From positions 1 to 64,000 of the IMG/VR virus record IMGVR_UViG_3300020531_000001: a DNA stretch of 64,000 nt; one strand, given 5' to 3'. This stretch comes from an uncultured virus (IMG/VR IMGVR_UViG_3300020531_000001). Lineage: Duplodnaviria > Heunggongvirae > Uroviricota > Caudoviricetes. A program made the position numbers and the translations under genes. Under the pieces are notes generated by a model. That model was not told the origin of the DNA. It ran no database searches and saw only the letters and a program-made list of their open reading frames with translations. Shown here one piece after another: positions 40,645 to 49,442 of the stretch (the stretch's first letter is position 1; every line of letters starts with the position of its first letter).

Positions 40645-41460
40645 ATGATATCGGTTTTTGGAGGTACTGGATTTGTTGGTAGTGAATTTTGCCAGCAATT
40701 TAAAGATGAAGTTGCAATTATAGATAGAAATTCTTTTATCCCTATCAGTGATAAAGTTTTATATTTTATAAGTACGGTAGATAATTACAATGTATTGACA
40801 GATTCTAAAAAAGACATCAACACTAATTTAATTCATCTTATGAATGTATTGGATGAATGTAAAAATAAAAATATAGAATTTACATTTATAAGTTCATGGT
40901 TCGTTTATGGAGAGACTGATTTACCAGCAACTGAAAGTTCTATATGTAAACCTAAAGGATTTTATTCAATAACCAAATACGCTGCAGAATTATTATTAGA
41001 ATCTTATTGTAAAACATTTAATATAAAATATAAAATCATAAGGCTTGGAAATGTTTTGGGAAATTCTGATGGTAAAATTTCTAAAAAGAAAAACGCTCTT
41101 CAATTTTTAATAAGTGAGATTAAAGAAAATAAAGATATAAATCTTTATAATAATGGCAATTTTTATAGAGATTTTATACACGTTAGTGATGTTGCCAAAG
41201 GTATCAAATATGTAATGGAGCGTGGCAACTTCAATGAAATATATAATTTAGGGTGCGGAATTCCTATAGTTTTTAAATCTATAATTGATTACGCTGTTGA
41301 AAAAACAAATTCAACTAGTAAAATTGGAATTATGGATGCTACTGATTTTCATAAAATAGTTCAAGTCGAATCTATGTACTTAGATACTAATAAGTTGAAT
41401 AGTTTGGGATTTAAACCAGAAAAAAACATCTATCAAATTGTAGATGAATTATTGGAATAA
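40645..41460 (+). CDS. NAD-dependent nucleotide-sugar epimerase/reductase (extended SDR)
   Basis: GGTGFVG, SSWFVYG, YSITK, RDFIHVSD. Confidence 0.88.
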   Translation: MISVFGGTGFVGSEFCQQFKDEVAIIDRNSFIPISDKVLYFISTVDNYNVLTDSKKDINTNLIHLMNVLDECKNKNIEFTFISSWFVYGETDLPATESSICKPKGFYSITKYAAELLLESYCKTFNIKYKIIRLGNVLGNSDGKISKKKNALQFLISEIKENKDINLYNNGNFYRDFIHVSDVAKGIKYVMERGNFNEIYNLGCGIPIVFKSIIDYAVEKTNSTSKIGIMDATDFHKIVQVESMYLDTNKLNSLGFKPEKNIYQIVDELLE

Positions 41461-41807
41461 TGTTTAAAGCAATAAATCATATATTATTTGAAAATCCTTC
41501 TAAGGAAATAGATTCGGAAACTTTAGAAGAGTTTGTTCCTTATATGGTAACAAGATATTTTTCATTTTATGAAAATGGAAAATATATAGATTATATTAAT
41601 TCTACAATTAATAAATATCAAAATATTTTTTACACTAAAGAAGATGAATATAAATTTTATGAAAATGTAATTCCTAAATTAAAAAATAAAAAGATTAATT
41701 ACATTAAAAAAAATAAAAAGGAAAAGACAAAAAAAGATATTGTCGAAGCAGTTCCTGATTTTTATTCAAGAAAAGAATGGGAAAACTTGACATCTAATGA
41801 TATATAA
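41460..41807 (+). CDS. gp62: probable clamp-loader small subunit (gp62-like)
   Basis: F..IN.I, FVPYMVTRYFSF, IPK.K.K...YIKK pattern. Confidence 0.6.
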   Translation: MFKAINHILFENPSKEIDSETLEEFVPYMVTRYFSFYENGKYIDYINSTINKYQNIFYTKEDEYKFYENVIPKLKNKKINYIKKNKKEKTKKDIVEAVPDFYSRKEWENLTSNDI

Positions 41808-41819
41808 TTAAATTTATAT

Positions 41820-42242
41820 ATGTCAGTTTCAATAGATGTTTTAGCTCCTCAAAAATCACACATAGATCTTTCAGATAAAATGCTACCCAGTGATTTTGGG
41901 TTAGATGATTATCAATTATCAAATTTATTTGATGATGTTATATTAATCGAATATTGTGATTTACATGGTGGTGAAGACGGTTCGGAGTATATTTTAAGAG
42001 GAGGAATTGCAGTTCCTATAAATCAAGTTCACAATGCTTGGAGAAAAGGAAAGGTTATCCTGAATGGACCCAGAGTTCAATATGCTAAAGTTGGAGATGT
42101 TGTAGTGTTCCCTAATAATATGGGAATTCCAATTACCAATTTAGAAGTTGAAGGTTATGGTAAAATTAAAAATGGACTGTTCATAAATGAACAGAGGATG
42201 TTTGGAATTTGTAAAGTTAACGATAAAGCTAACAATAAATAA
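41820..42242 (+). CDS. GroES-like co-chaperonin
   Basis: D.ILIE...RGGIAVP...GKVILNGP.....KVGDVVVFP. Confidence 0.75.
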   Translation: MSVSIDVLAPQKSHIDLSDKMLPSDFGLDDYQLSNLFDDVILIEYCDLHGGEDGSEYILRGGIAVPINQVHNAWRKGKVILNGPRVQYAKVGDVVVFPNNMGIPITNLEVEGYGKIKNGLFINEQRMFGICKVNDKANNK

Positions 42243-42247
42243 TTTAG

Positions 42248-42736
42248 ATGGATCTTCCTAAATTATCTGATATTGTAAAAACAGCATTTGAATTTTTTAA
42301 AAATACAAAAAATTCAATTTTAACAAATATCAATAATAGAAGTAGAAGAAAAATAAGCAGATCTGAATTAAAAAATCTAGTAAGTTCTAACGTTTGTGAA
42401 ATTATCTTTTTAAGAAGAACTCCAGAGAGAGCCCCAGTTCCACCTAGAGCGCAATGGAGAAGAATGTTATGTACAAACAGTATTGAAATTTTAAACAGTA
42501 CAAATGGAAAGATATCTTTAAACTTTCGTTTTCCTAAAACTCCTAGAAGGATAGATGAAGTAAAACATAATATAGTTGTAGCTTGGGACATTATAATGCA
42601 AGATTATAGAAATATAAGTATGGAAAATTGTTATTTGATTCAAACTATTCCAGGAGATGAAACCTTTTGGAAGTATTATAATGAAGTTCTTTATACTATG
42701 ACACCTGCTCAAAAAATGAATTTCATGGATACTTAA
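42248..42736 (+). CDS. SH3/WYL-like beta-barrel protein (DUF2693-like)
   Basis: VCEIIF.R, RRMLCT, VAWDI..QDYRNI. Confidence 0.55.
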   Translation: MDLPKLSDIVKTAFEFFKNTKNSILTNINNRSRRKISRSELKNLVSSNVCEIIFLRRTPERAPVPPRAQWRRMLCTNSIEILNSTNGKISLNFRFPKTPRRIDEVKHNIVVAWDIIMQDYRNISMENCYLIQTIPGDETFWKYYNEVLYTMTPAQKMNFMDT

Positions 42737-42737
42737 A

Positions 42738-43064
42738 ATGAACAATATCGATCAACAATTAAAAAAATGTATTTTAAAAAATGTCAATTTTACTATTGAT
42801 AATAAATGTGTACGTTCTGGAAAAGTTAAAGTTTTTAATATAAAGCAATTTTTTATAAAATTTAAAATTTTATCCGACAATATAGAAAAAGAATATGAAC
42901 TTCCATACCCATTTAAATTGGTTGAACTTGAAGATGGCTTTTTGTTTGATTACAGCTTGAGTGCATTTTGCCCACCATCAAATGAAAATTATTATAAAAT
43001 GTTAGTTTACGATAAAGGCAATGCATCTAAATTATACAATAATTATCTGTTTATGAAGTTTTAA
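42738..43064 (+). CDS. hypothetical protein
   Basis: 108-aa ORF in operon. Confidence 0.55.
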   Translation: MNNIDQQLKKCILKNVNFTIDNKCVRSGKVKVFNIKQFFIKFKILSDNIEKEYELPYPFKLVELEDGFLFDYSLSAFCPPSNENYYKMLVYDKGNASKLYNNYLFMKF

Positions 43065-43068
43065 CAGT

Positions 43069-43096
43069 TTGACATTTTTCCATTTCAGGTTAAGCT
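43069..43096 (+). promoter_or_regulatory. sigma70-type promoter TTGACA-N16-TAAGCT
   Basis: 7 nt before ATG 43104. Confidence 0.6.
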
Positions 43097-43103
43097 ATTT
43101 GAA

Positions 43104-44720
43104 ATGTCTAACTTAATACTTAATTTTCCAGAATCATATACTCCATCATCGTCACAGGTTAAGATTCTAAAAAAAATAGAACAGTCTATTTCAAACGGTG
43201 AGAAATTCATAGTCTGCAACGCTCCAACAGGATCTGGTAAATCTTTTTTCGCACCAACACTAGCAAAATACATAGGAGGACCAAGCGATACTTGGAAATC
43301 AAGGGTTGATGATTATAGTATTTTTGGAGATAAGGGATCTGAATATGTAAATGAAGAGGATTTGTTCGGAGTTTATGCTTTGACTATTACGAAATCGTTA
43401 CAAGATCAATATAAAAGCTCGTTCGATTTTGCATCTGTGTTGAAAGGTCAATCAAACTATCAATGTAATTATGATGATATGTTGACTGTTGATGTGGCTC
43501 CTTGTATATATATACCAACATTAAAAAAAGAATGCTGGAGTTGTAATAGATGTAGTTATTACAACGATAGAAATAAAATGCTCAAAAGTGAATTTGCAAC
43601 TTTGAATTATAGTATGTATTTTTCATTACCTGATCATTTAAAGAAAAGAAAAATATTAGTATTAGATGAGGCATCAGAGCTAGAAGAACAATTGGTAAAT
43701 CAATTTACATGCGAAATTGATTTAATCTTTTTAAAGAAAACATCAATTAAAATATCAGCTTTTCCATCTGAAGAAAAAGCCATCAATGTGTTGTCTTGGC
43801 TTGGTAATTTATTATCCGAAATAAAAATAAACATTGATTTATATTTGGATTATTTTAAAAACAAAAAAACTAAAAATTCAGAATTTCATAAAAAGAAATC
43901 CGAATATTCTAAACTTTTAAATATTTCTAAAAGTATAGAATTATTAATTGAAACTTATTATGATAGTCAATATATAATCGAACACGGCGATTCTATTTTA
44001 AAATTCATACCTCTTAAAATTGATAAATTGAGTAAATATTTGTTTGATAATGCGGATCATGTGATACTTTTAAGTGCTACTATAATCGACCCTGTTAATT
44101 TTTGTAATACGTTGGGAATTGCAAAACATTCATATATTGAAGTAGATTCTATTTTTGATTCTGAAAAATCACCTATTTATATTTTAGCGACACAAAAAAT
44201 AAATTATAGTAATCTTAAATCATTATTGCCAAAAATTTGTAAACAAATTGAAGGCATTTTAGAAGAACATAAAGAAGAAAAAGGAATTATTCACACCCAT
44301 ACTCAATTTATATCTGATTATATTAGAGATAATGTAAATACCGATAGATTTTTATGTAGAGAACTTGGGATATCTAATGATATTATTTTAGAAAAACATG
44401 TTAAAACTTCAAAACCTACAGTGTTGGTATCACCATCCATGACATATGGTGTAGATTTGAAAGGAGATTTAGCCAAATTTCAAATTGTATTAAAGGCTCC
44501 TTGGTTGCCTACAAAAGATCCAAGAGTTGAAAGAATGATGAAAATTGATAAAAATTGGTATTCTAATAAAATGTTGTGTAATTTAGTTCAAGCCTGTGGA
44601 AGAGGAGTAAGATCTACAGCGGATGAATGCATTACTTATATTTTAGATGGTAGTATATTTGATACTATTGCTAAAAATAAGAAAAAATTACCCAAATACT
44701 TTTTAGACAGGCTTCAATAA
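43104..44720 (+). CDS. DinG/Rad3-family SF2 helicase
   Basis: APTGSGKS, LQDQY, KGQSNYQC with Cys cluster, LDEA, LSAT, GVD, QACGRGVR. Confidence 0.85.
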   Translation: MSNLILNFPESYTPSSSQVKILKKIEQSISNGEKFIVCNAPTGSGKSFFAPTLAKYIGGPSDTWKSRVDDYSIFGDKGSEYVNEEDLFGVYALTITKSLQDQYKSSFDFASVLKGQSNYQCNYDDMLTVDVAPCIYIPTLKKECWSCNRCSYYNDRNKMLKSEFATLNYSMYFSLPDHLKKRKILVLDEASELEEQLVNQFTCEIDLIFLKKTSIKISAFPSEEKAINVLSWLGNLLSEIKINIDLYLDYFKNKKTKNSEFHKKKSEYSKLLNISKSIELLIETYYDSQYIIEHGDSILKFIPLKIDKLSKYLFDNADHVILLSATIIDPVNFCNTLGIAKHSYIEVDSIFDSEKSPIYILATQKINYSNLKSLLPKICKQIEGILEEHKEEKGIIHTHTQFISDYIRDNVNTDRFLCRELGISNDIILEKHVKTSKPTVLVSPSMTYGVDLKGDLAKFQIVLKAPWLPTKDPRVERMMKIDKNWYSNKMLCNLVQACGRGVRSTADECITYILDGSIFDTIAKNKKKLPKYFLDRLQ

Positions 44721-44745
44721 TGGATGAAAATCTTAAATAATTTTA

Positions 44746-45942
44746 GTGATTAAATATTCTTATCATCGTGAGCAGTTAGATTTATTGATGCTTTTTACAT
44801 CAGCATTCGATGATACGTTTGTATATAGATATGATTTCAATACCAAAACGCCAGAATCTAAAATTCAAGTTAGATATATTCATGGTCCAAAACAACGAGT
44901 AATCCATGACATAGTAACAAAAGAGAAAAATCTCACATTACCAGTGGTTTCAATAGAACAAACTGGATTATCGAGAGATCCAGATAGAGTAGTTCACAAA
45001 CATCAAAATATCTATAGACCATTATTAGGAAATGTTTCAAAAGTTGGTAAAATTCCAATGCCTATACCTGTAACTATGGATGTCAAAGTATCTATAATTG
45101 CAAAATATAAAGAAGATATTGATCAAATTATTCAAAATTTTGCAACCGTTTGCAATCCCTATTTTGTTGTTTCTTGGAAAATTCCAGAAGAATTTGGATT
45201 AGATTTTACTGATGAATTGAGAGTTCAAATCGAATGGGCTGGAAATATTTCATATACAACTCCAACAACATTAGGAATAGATGACAAATATAGAATAAGT
45301 GCTGATACAACTTTCACTATCAAAGGTTGGCTTTTTCCATCTTTACAAAATCCAGAAGCTCCCATTTATGTTGTCAATACTAAATTTATAAATCAAAATT
45401 TAGCATCAAGAGTAACAGGATACGACGATTATCCATCGTTATCTGCGTCATATGTTGAATCGGATACTGTTATGGTATCGGCATATCCAGAATTTACTAA
45501 TTTTTATTATTCTGTATCTGGTGATATAATACCCTTATTAGCACCTGCAAGATTTAATTATACAGTAAGAAATAATTTCTTGATATTAGGAAAGAGATTT
45601 GGGTATAATAATACTTGGTATTTGAGTTCTTCAAAACAGGAGTTTTTATTAGACTTTGTAGAAATTAAAACTGCCAAGTTCCCAATCATATCAGCTTATA
45701 AAATTCCTGAGAATTTAATAACTACTTATACAGATAATAATGTAACTATTTCAATTCCAGAAAACTTTTTATCAGGATCATCTGGAGATTTTACTATAGT
45801 AACTGCCAACAGTGCTGGATGGACATCTTCCAAATATAAATTTTCTATAGATGACATTAATAATAAAAATATGTATATTCAACCAGATTTGATTAGTACA
45901 TATTATCAACCAAACAGTGCAAATACATATATTAGACCTTAA
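44746..45942 (+). CDS. gp15: tail sheath stabiliser/terminator (gp15-like) with C-terminal extension
   Basis: F.SAFDD, HGPKQR, LTLPVVS, P.PV.M, D.DQII.NF..NPY, FTIKGWLFP. Confidence 0.8.
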   Translation: MIKYSYHREQLDLLMLFTSAFDDTFVYRYDFNTKTPESKIQVRYIHGPKQRVIHDIVTKEKNLTLPVVSIEQTGLSRDPDRVVHKHQNIYRPLLGNVSKVGKIPMPIPVTMDVKVSIIAKYKEDIDQIIQNFATVCNPYFVVSWKIPEEFGLDFTDELRVQIEWAGNISYTTPTTLGIDDKYRISADTTFTIKGWLFPSLQNPEAPIYVVNTKFINQNLASRVTGYDDYPSLSASYVESDTVMVSAYPEFTNFYYSVSGDIIPLLAPARFNYTVRNNFLILGKRFGYNNTWYLSSSKQEFLLDFVEIKTAKFPIISAYKIPENLITTYTDNNVTISIPENFLSGSSGDFTIVTANSAGWTSSKYKFSIDDINNKNMYIQPDLISTYYQPNSANTYIRP

Positions 45943-45950
45943 ATATAATT

Positions 45951-46409
45951 ATGTCAGATATTGTAGTAAGCCAACATATTGATGATCTTTTAAGAAGTTC
46001 AAGCGCTTCTGGATCTAGAAATGTATTAAATGTTCCTAGTGTATCGGAAGTTCCAACTATTCAAAGTTTCAACGCACTTTCTGAATCTGTAGCTAGAATA
46101 GATGGATCTCTTATAAACGTTCTTAGTCTCAGTGGAGATACTTATACATTACAATTATCTAATTTAGGAGCTTACATAAGAAAATTTCATAGTTCTCCTC
46201 ATACTATTATCATACCTAATTCATCTGATGTTTCGTTTCAGGTTGGTAGTACGTTTGTAATTAGAAACACAAGTTCAAGCAGCTTAACCATATCAAGCGG
46301 ACCTACAGTATCATTAAGTTATTTTGCAGACTTGAGTGCTAATATATTAGATCAATATGCTTCTGCTCAAATAGTTTGTGTTGGAACAGATAACTGGGAT
46401 ATAATTTAA
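45951..46409 (+). CDS. small tail-fibre-type protein
   Basis: TIIIPN....FQVGS, QYASA..VCVGTDNW; late box. Confidence 0.6.
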   Translation: MSDIVVSQHIDDLLRSSSASGSRNVLNVPSVSEVPTIQSFNALSESVARIDGSLINVLSLSGDTYTLQLSNLGAYIRKFHSSPHTIIIPNSSDVSFQVGSTFVIRNTSSSSLTISSGPTVSLSYFADLSANILDQYASAQIVCVGTDNWDII

Positions 46410-46410
46410 T

Positions 46411-49380
46411 ATGAGAATATCAACAGCTTCTAGATACAAGTTTTTAAAAGATTATAGAATAGGAGTTCCTGAATTATTGTCAGAAACATCCTATAGTGGT
46501 AATATTATTTTTAATGAAAGTGATTTAAGAAAAAGCATTGGATGGTTAGCTAATACCGCTGTAAGACAAGTCGGTACCACTTTCACTGGATTGTTTTTTC
46601 TCGATAGACAGGGTGATGCTGTATCAATTAATACTGAGGGTGATGTTGTTGCTGTAGGAGCTTCAAATGGTAGAACAACAGATATCGGATATACCAGAAT
46701 ATTTAGACTTACTTCTTATTCTGGTAATGGGTCTTGGGGTCAAATAGGGCAAACTATTGATGGTGAGGCATCGGGAGATTTCAGTGGTTTTTCTGTTTCT
46801 TTAAACAATATTGGTGATAGAGTAGCTATAGGAGCAAGGGGGAATGATAATATTGGTGGAGTTGATAGTGGACATGTGAGAGTATATCAATTAAGTACAT
46901 TTGGTAGTAATAATTCCTGGGTTCGGTTGGGTCAAGATATCGACGGGGAAGCTGCGGCAGATCAATTTGGATCTACAATAGATTTGAATGGTGAAGGGAA
47001 TATATTAGCAACGGGTACACCTTTTAATGATAGTTATGGTTCTAGTTCTGGTCGCGTAAAAATATATCAATTAAGTTCATTCGATGTTAATAATTCTTGG
47101 GTGCAAATTGGACAAAATATAGACGGTGAAAGTGGAGATAGTGCAGGAACAAACGTGTCCTTAAATAACGCAGGTGATAGAATAGCTGTATCCTTCCCTT
47201 ACCGCGCAGTTAACGGCTTTAATAATTCTGGAATAGTTAAGGTTTTTAATTTAAGCGCATATAGTGGCAATTATACTTGGGTTCAAGTAGGGCAAGATAT
47301 AACAGGTATTGCAGAAGAGTATGGATACTTCGGTATCGGTGGTATATCAATGAATTATAGTGGTGATAGGATAGCTATAGGTTCTAATCAAAGTGGTAAT
47401 GGATTAGTAAGTGTTTATGAATTAAGTGGTAATAATTGGTTACAGGTAGGCCAGTTTATAACTGGGCAGCAGACTAATGAGAGTTTTGGTAATGAAATAT
47501 CTATTAATGATGCTGGAGATAAAATAGCAGTGACTTCAAATCTTTATGTATCTGATAGTGGATATCAAAGTTGCTTGAGATTATATCAATTAAGTTCTTA
47601 CAACAATTTAAACACTTGGGTGCAAGAAGGATTAACTTTAGATTCTAACACAAATAACGGTGAATTTAATAAAATTAAGATGAATGGTTCTGGTGATACA
47701 TTTATTGTAGGTGGTCCATTTGCAACTTCACGTGGTAATGCGAAAGTATTTAAAACCTATTCGCAAAAAACAGATAATTTATATACAGGATTTAATGATG
47801 ATCTTATACAGGCTTCTAGACCAAGATGGAAATATCCAAACAATTTAAATATATATGGAGGTTGGTATAATAATTATACAAATAGCTTTTTAACAGACCT
47901 GCAAAATATAACATTTTCTGCTCCTACAAGTTCGAATTTTTTTACGGAAATACCAGCGTTAACAGCTATAAATCAAGCTCAGGGTATAAAGTGGGTAGAA
48001 ATAGCAACTAAAAAAAATACTTCAATTACATTATCTTCAACTCCATCTTCAGCAATATATTTTAAAAGAAATGGATTTAATATTAGATTAAAAACAACAC
48101 CTCAAGTATCATGGATTTATAATTCGAATTTATATAAAGATACTGCACTAGGTTTTTCTCTTGGTGTTGAATACGCGCCAGATATAGTAGTCAATAATAT
48201 TTTTTGTAATCTAGCTCCATTAAACACCACCTTTTCTGCCTTTAGCGCAAATTATGATAACTGGTTTGTAAATTTTTCTTCGGAAATTCAACCCATTTCT
48301 GGTGTTGATAGATGGCTTCTAAACAATACAAATTACATTAATTCAAAAACCATAACTCTAACAGCCAACAACCAATATATACGCTATCAACCACTAGGCA
48401 TCTCTTATAAAAACTTATCATCTTTATCTGCATCTAGTGAATTTAATGTATATGTAAATTCAAATATATTAGATTTTGGTTTAAAATCAACATCATCGCT
48501 ACGATCAAGACTTACAAGCGTCACTCCATTAACATCTACAAGAAATGTATTTACAACTTACAACCGAACAACTAATACCTTTATAAGAAATCCAAATCTT
48601 TGGTGTGCTGATTTAACAGATCAATTAACAGCTCTTGTTGTTCAAAAATTGGGAGAAGCTGTATTTTCATACGGCGGTACTCTAATAACACCAAGACACT
48701 TATTATATGTTCAACATGCTTTTCCTAGAACTGACAGAGTAAGATTTGTAAGATCAGACAATACTGTTATTTCAGCAGCGCCATTAGCATCTTCTGATAG
48801 TACAACGTATAAAAATGATTTTCCAATAGCATCGCTCTCCTCAGTAGATAGTCTATATACAGATATTGGTATTGTTGTACTTGATAGAGATGTATCTTTA
48901 TCTGGTATTCATGTAATGCCGATAGCAGCGATTACTCCAACAGAAAGAGAAATATTAAATCAACAATTTATACCTACACTTTTGTGTACGCAAGCTCCAG
49001 GTAGATCTACTGGGTCATCAAATCCAAATGCGGTTAGTGCGAGCGATATTCAGATGACTATAAGTTCAACTAACTTTTTAAATATGACCACAGCATGGGA
49101 ATCTCAAAGCGCAAACCCGTTTTTAAATTGGGATGTGATGGGAGCTGGAGGATCAGGGTATACTATTTGGGACGGTGACAGTGGCAATTCTCATTTATTA
49201 TTCTGTAATGATAAACTTTATGTTTATAGCATTACTTTTTCCTTTACAGGTAGAGGTGCTATTGTTTCAGCACTTTCGGGAGCTATAAACTACTTAATAG
49301 ACAAAGCAGATCAATTAGCGGGTATTACTACTAATATGAAACCAACATATTACACTATAGAGCAGATTGCGAATAGATGA
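46411..49380 (+). CDS. probable virion protein: FG-GAP-like beta-propeller plus C-terminal trypsin-like serine protease
   Basis: Repeats W.Q.GQ.IDGE...D.FG..VSLN..GDR.A.G; GTLITPRH..H, TDIGIV, GDSG. Confidence 0.75.
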   Translation: MRISTASRYKFLKDYRIGVPELLSETSYSGNIIFNESDLRKSIGWLANTAVRQVGTTFTGLFFLDRQGDAVSINTEGDVVAVGASNGRTTDIGYTRIFRLTSYSGNGSWGQIGQTIDGEASGDFSGFSVSLNNIGDRVAIGARGNDNIGGVDSGHVRVYQLSTFGSNNSWVRLGQDIDGEAAADQFGSTIDLNGEGNILATGTPFNDSYGSSSGRVKIYQLSSFDVNNSWVQIGQNIDGESGDSAGTNVSLNNAGDRIAVSFPYRAVNGFNNSGIVKVFNLSAYSGNYTWVQVGQDITGIAEEYGYFGIGGISMNYSGDRIAIGSNQSGNGLVSVYELSGNNWLQVGQFITGQQTNESFGNEISINDAGDKIAVTSNLYVSDSGYQSCLRLYQLSSYNNLNTWVQEGLTLDSNTNNGEFNKIKMNGSGDTFIVGGPFATSRGNAKVFKTYSQKTDNLYTGFNDDLIQASRPRWKYPNNLNIYGGWYNNYTNSFLTDLQNITFSAPTSSNFFTEIPALTAINQAQGIKWVEIATKKNTSITLSSTPSSAIYFKRNGFNIRLKTTPQVSWIYNSNLYKDTALGFSLGVEYAPDIVVNNIFCNLAPLNTTFSAFSANYDNWFVNFSSEIQPISGVDRWLLNNTNYINSKTITLTANNQYIRYQPLGISYKNLSSLSASSEFNVYVNSNILDFGLKSTSSLRSRLTSVTPLTSTRNVFTTYNRTTNTFIRNPNLWCADLTDQLTALVVQKLGEAVFSYGGTLITPRHLLYVQHAFPRTDRVRFVRSDNTVISAAPLASSDSTTYKNDFPIASLSSVDSLYTDIGIVVLDRDVSLSGIHVMPIAAITPTEREILNQQFIPTLLCTQAPGRSTGSSNPNAVSASDIQMTISSTNFLNMTTAWESQSANPFLNWDVMGAGGSGYTIWDGDSGNSHLLFCNDKLYVYSITFSFTGRGAIVSALSGAINYLIDKADQLAGITTNMKPTYYTIEQIANR

Positions 49381-49442
49381 TAAACTATTTTTATTAGTAT
49401 AATTCGGAATTGATATTTAGTAATTTAGCCTAAATAAGATAT

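Noticed and set aside
30389..41460. Glycan island as bacterial contamination or a host O-antigen locus
   Set aside because: Composition and promoter style match the flanks, it contains a phage homing endonuclease with a late box, it abuts phage genes, and no wzx/wzy-type genes are seen
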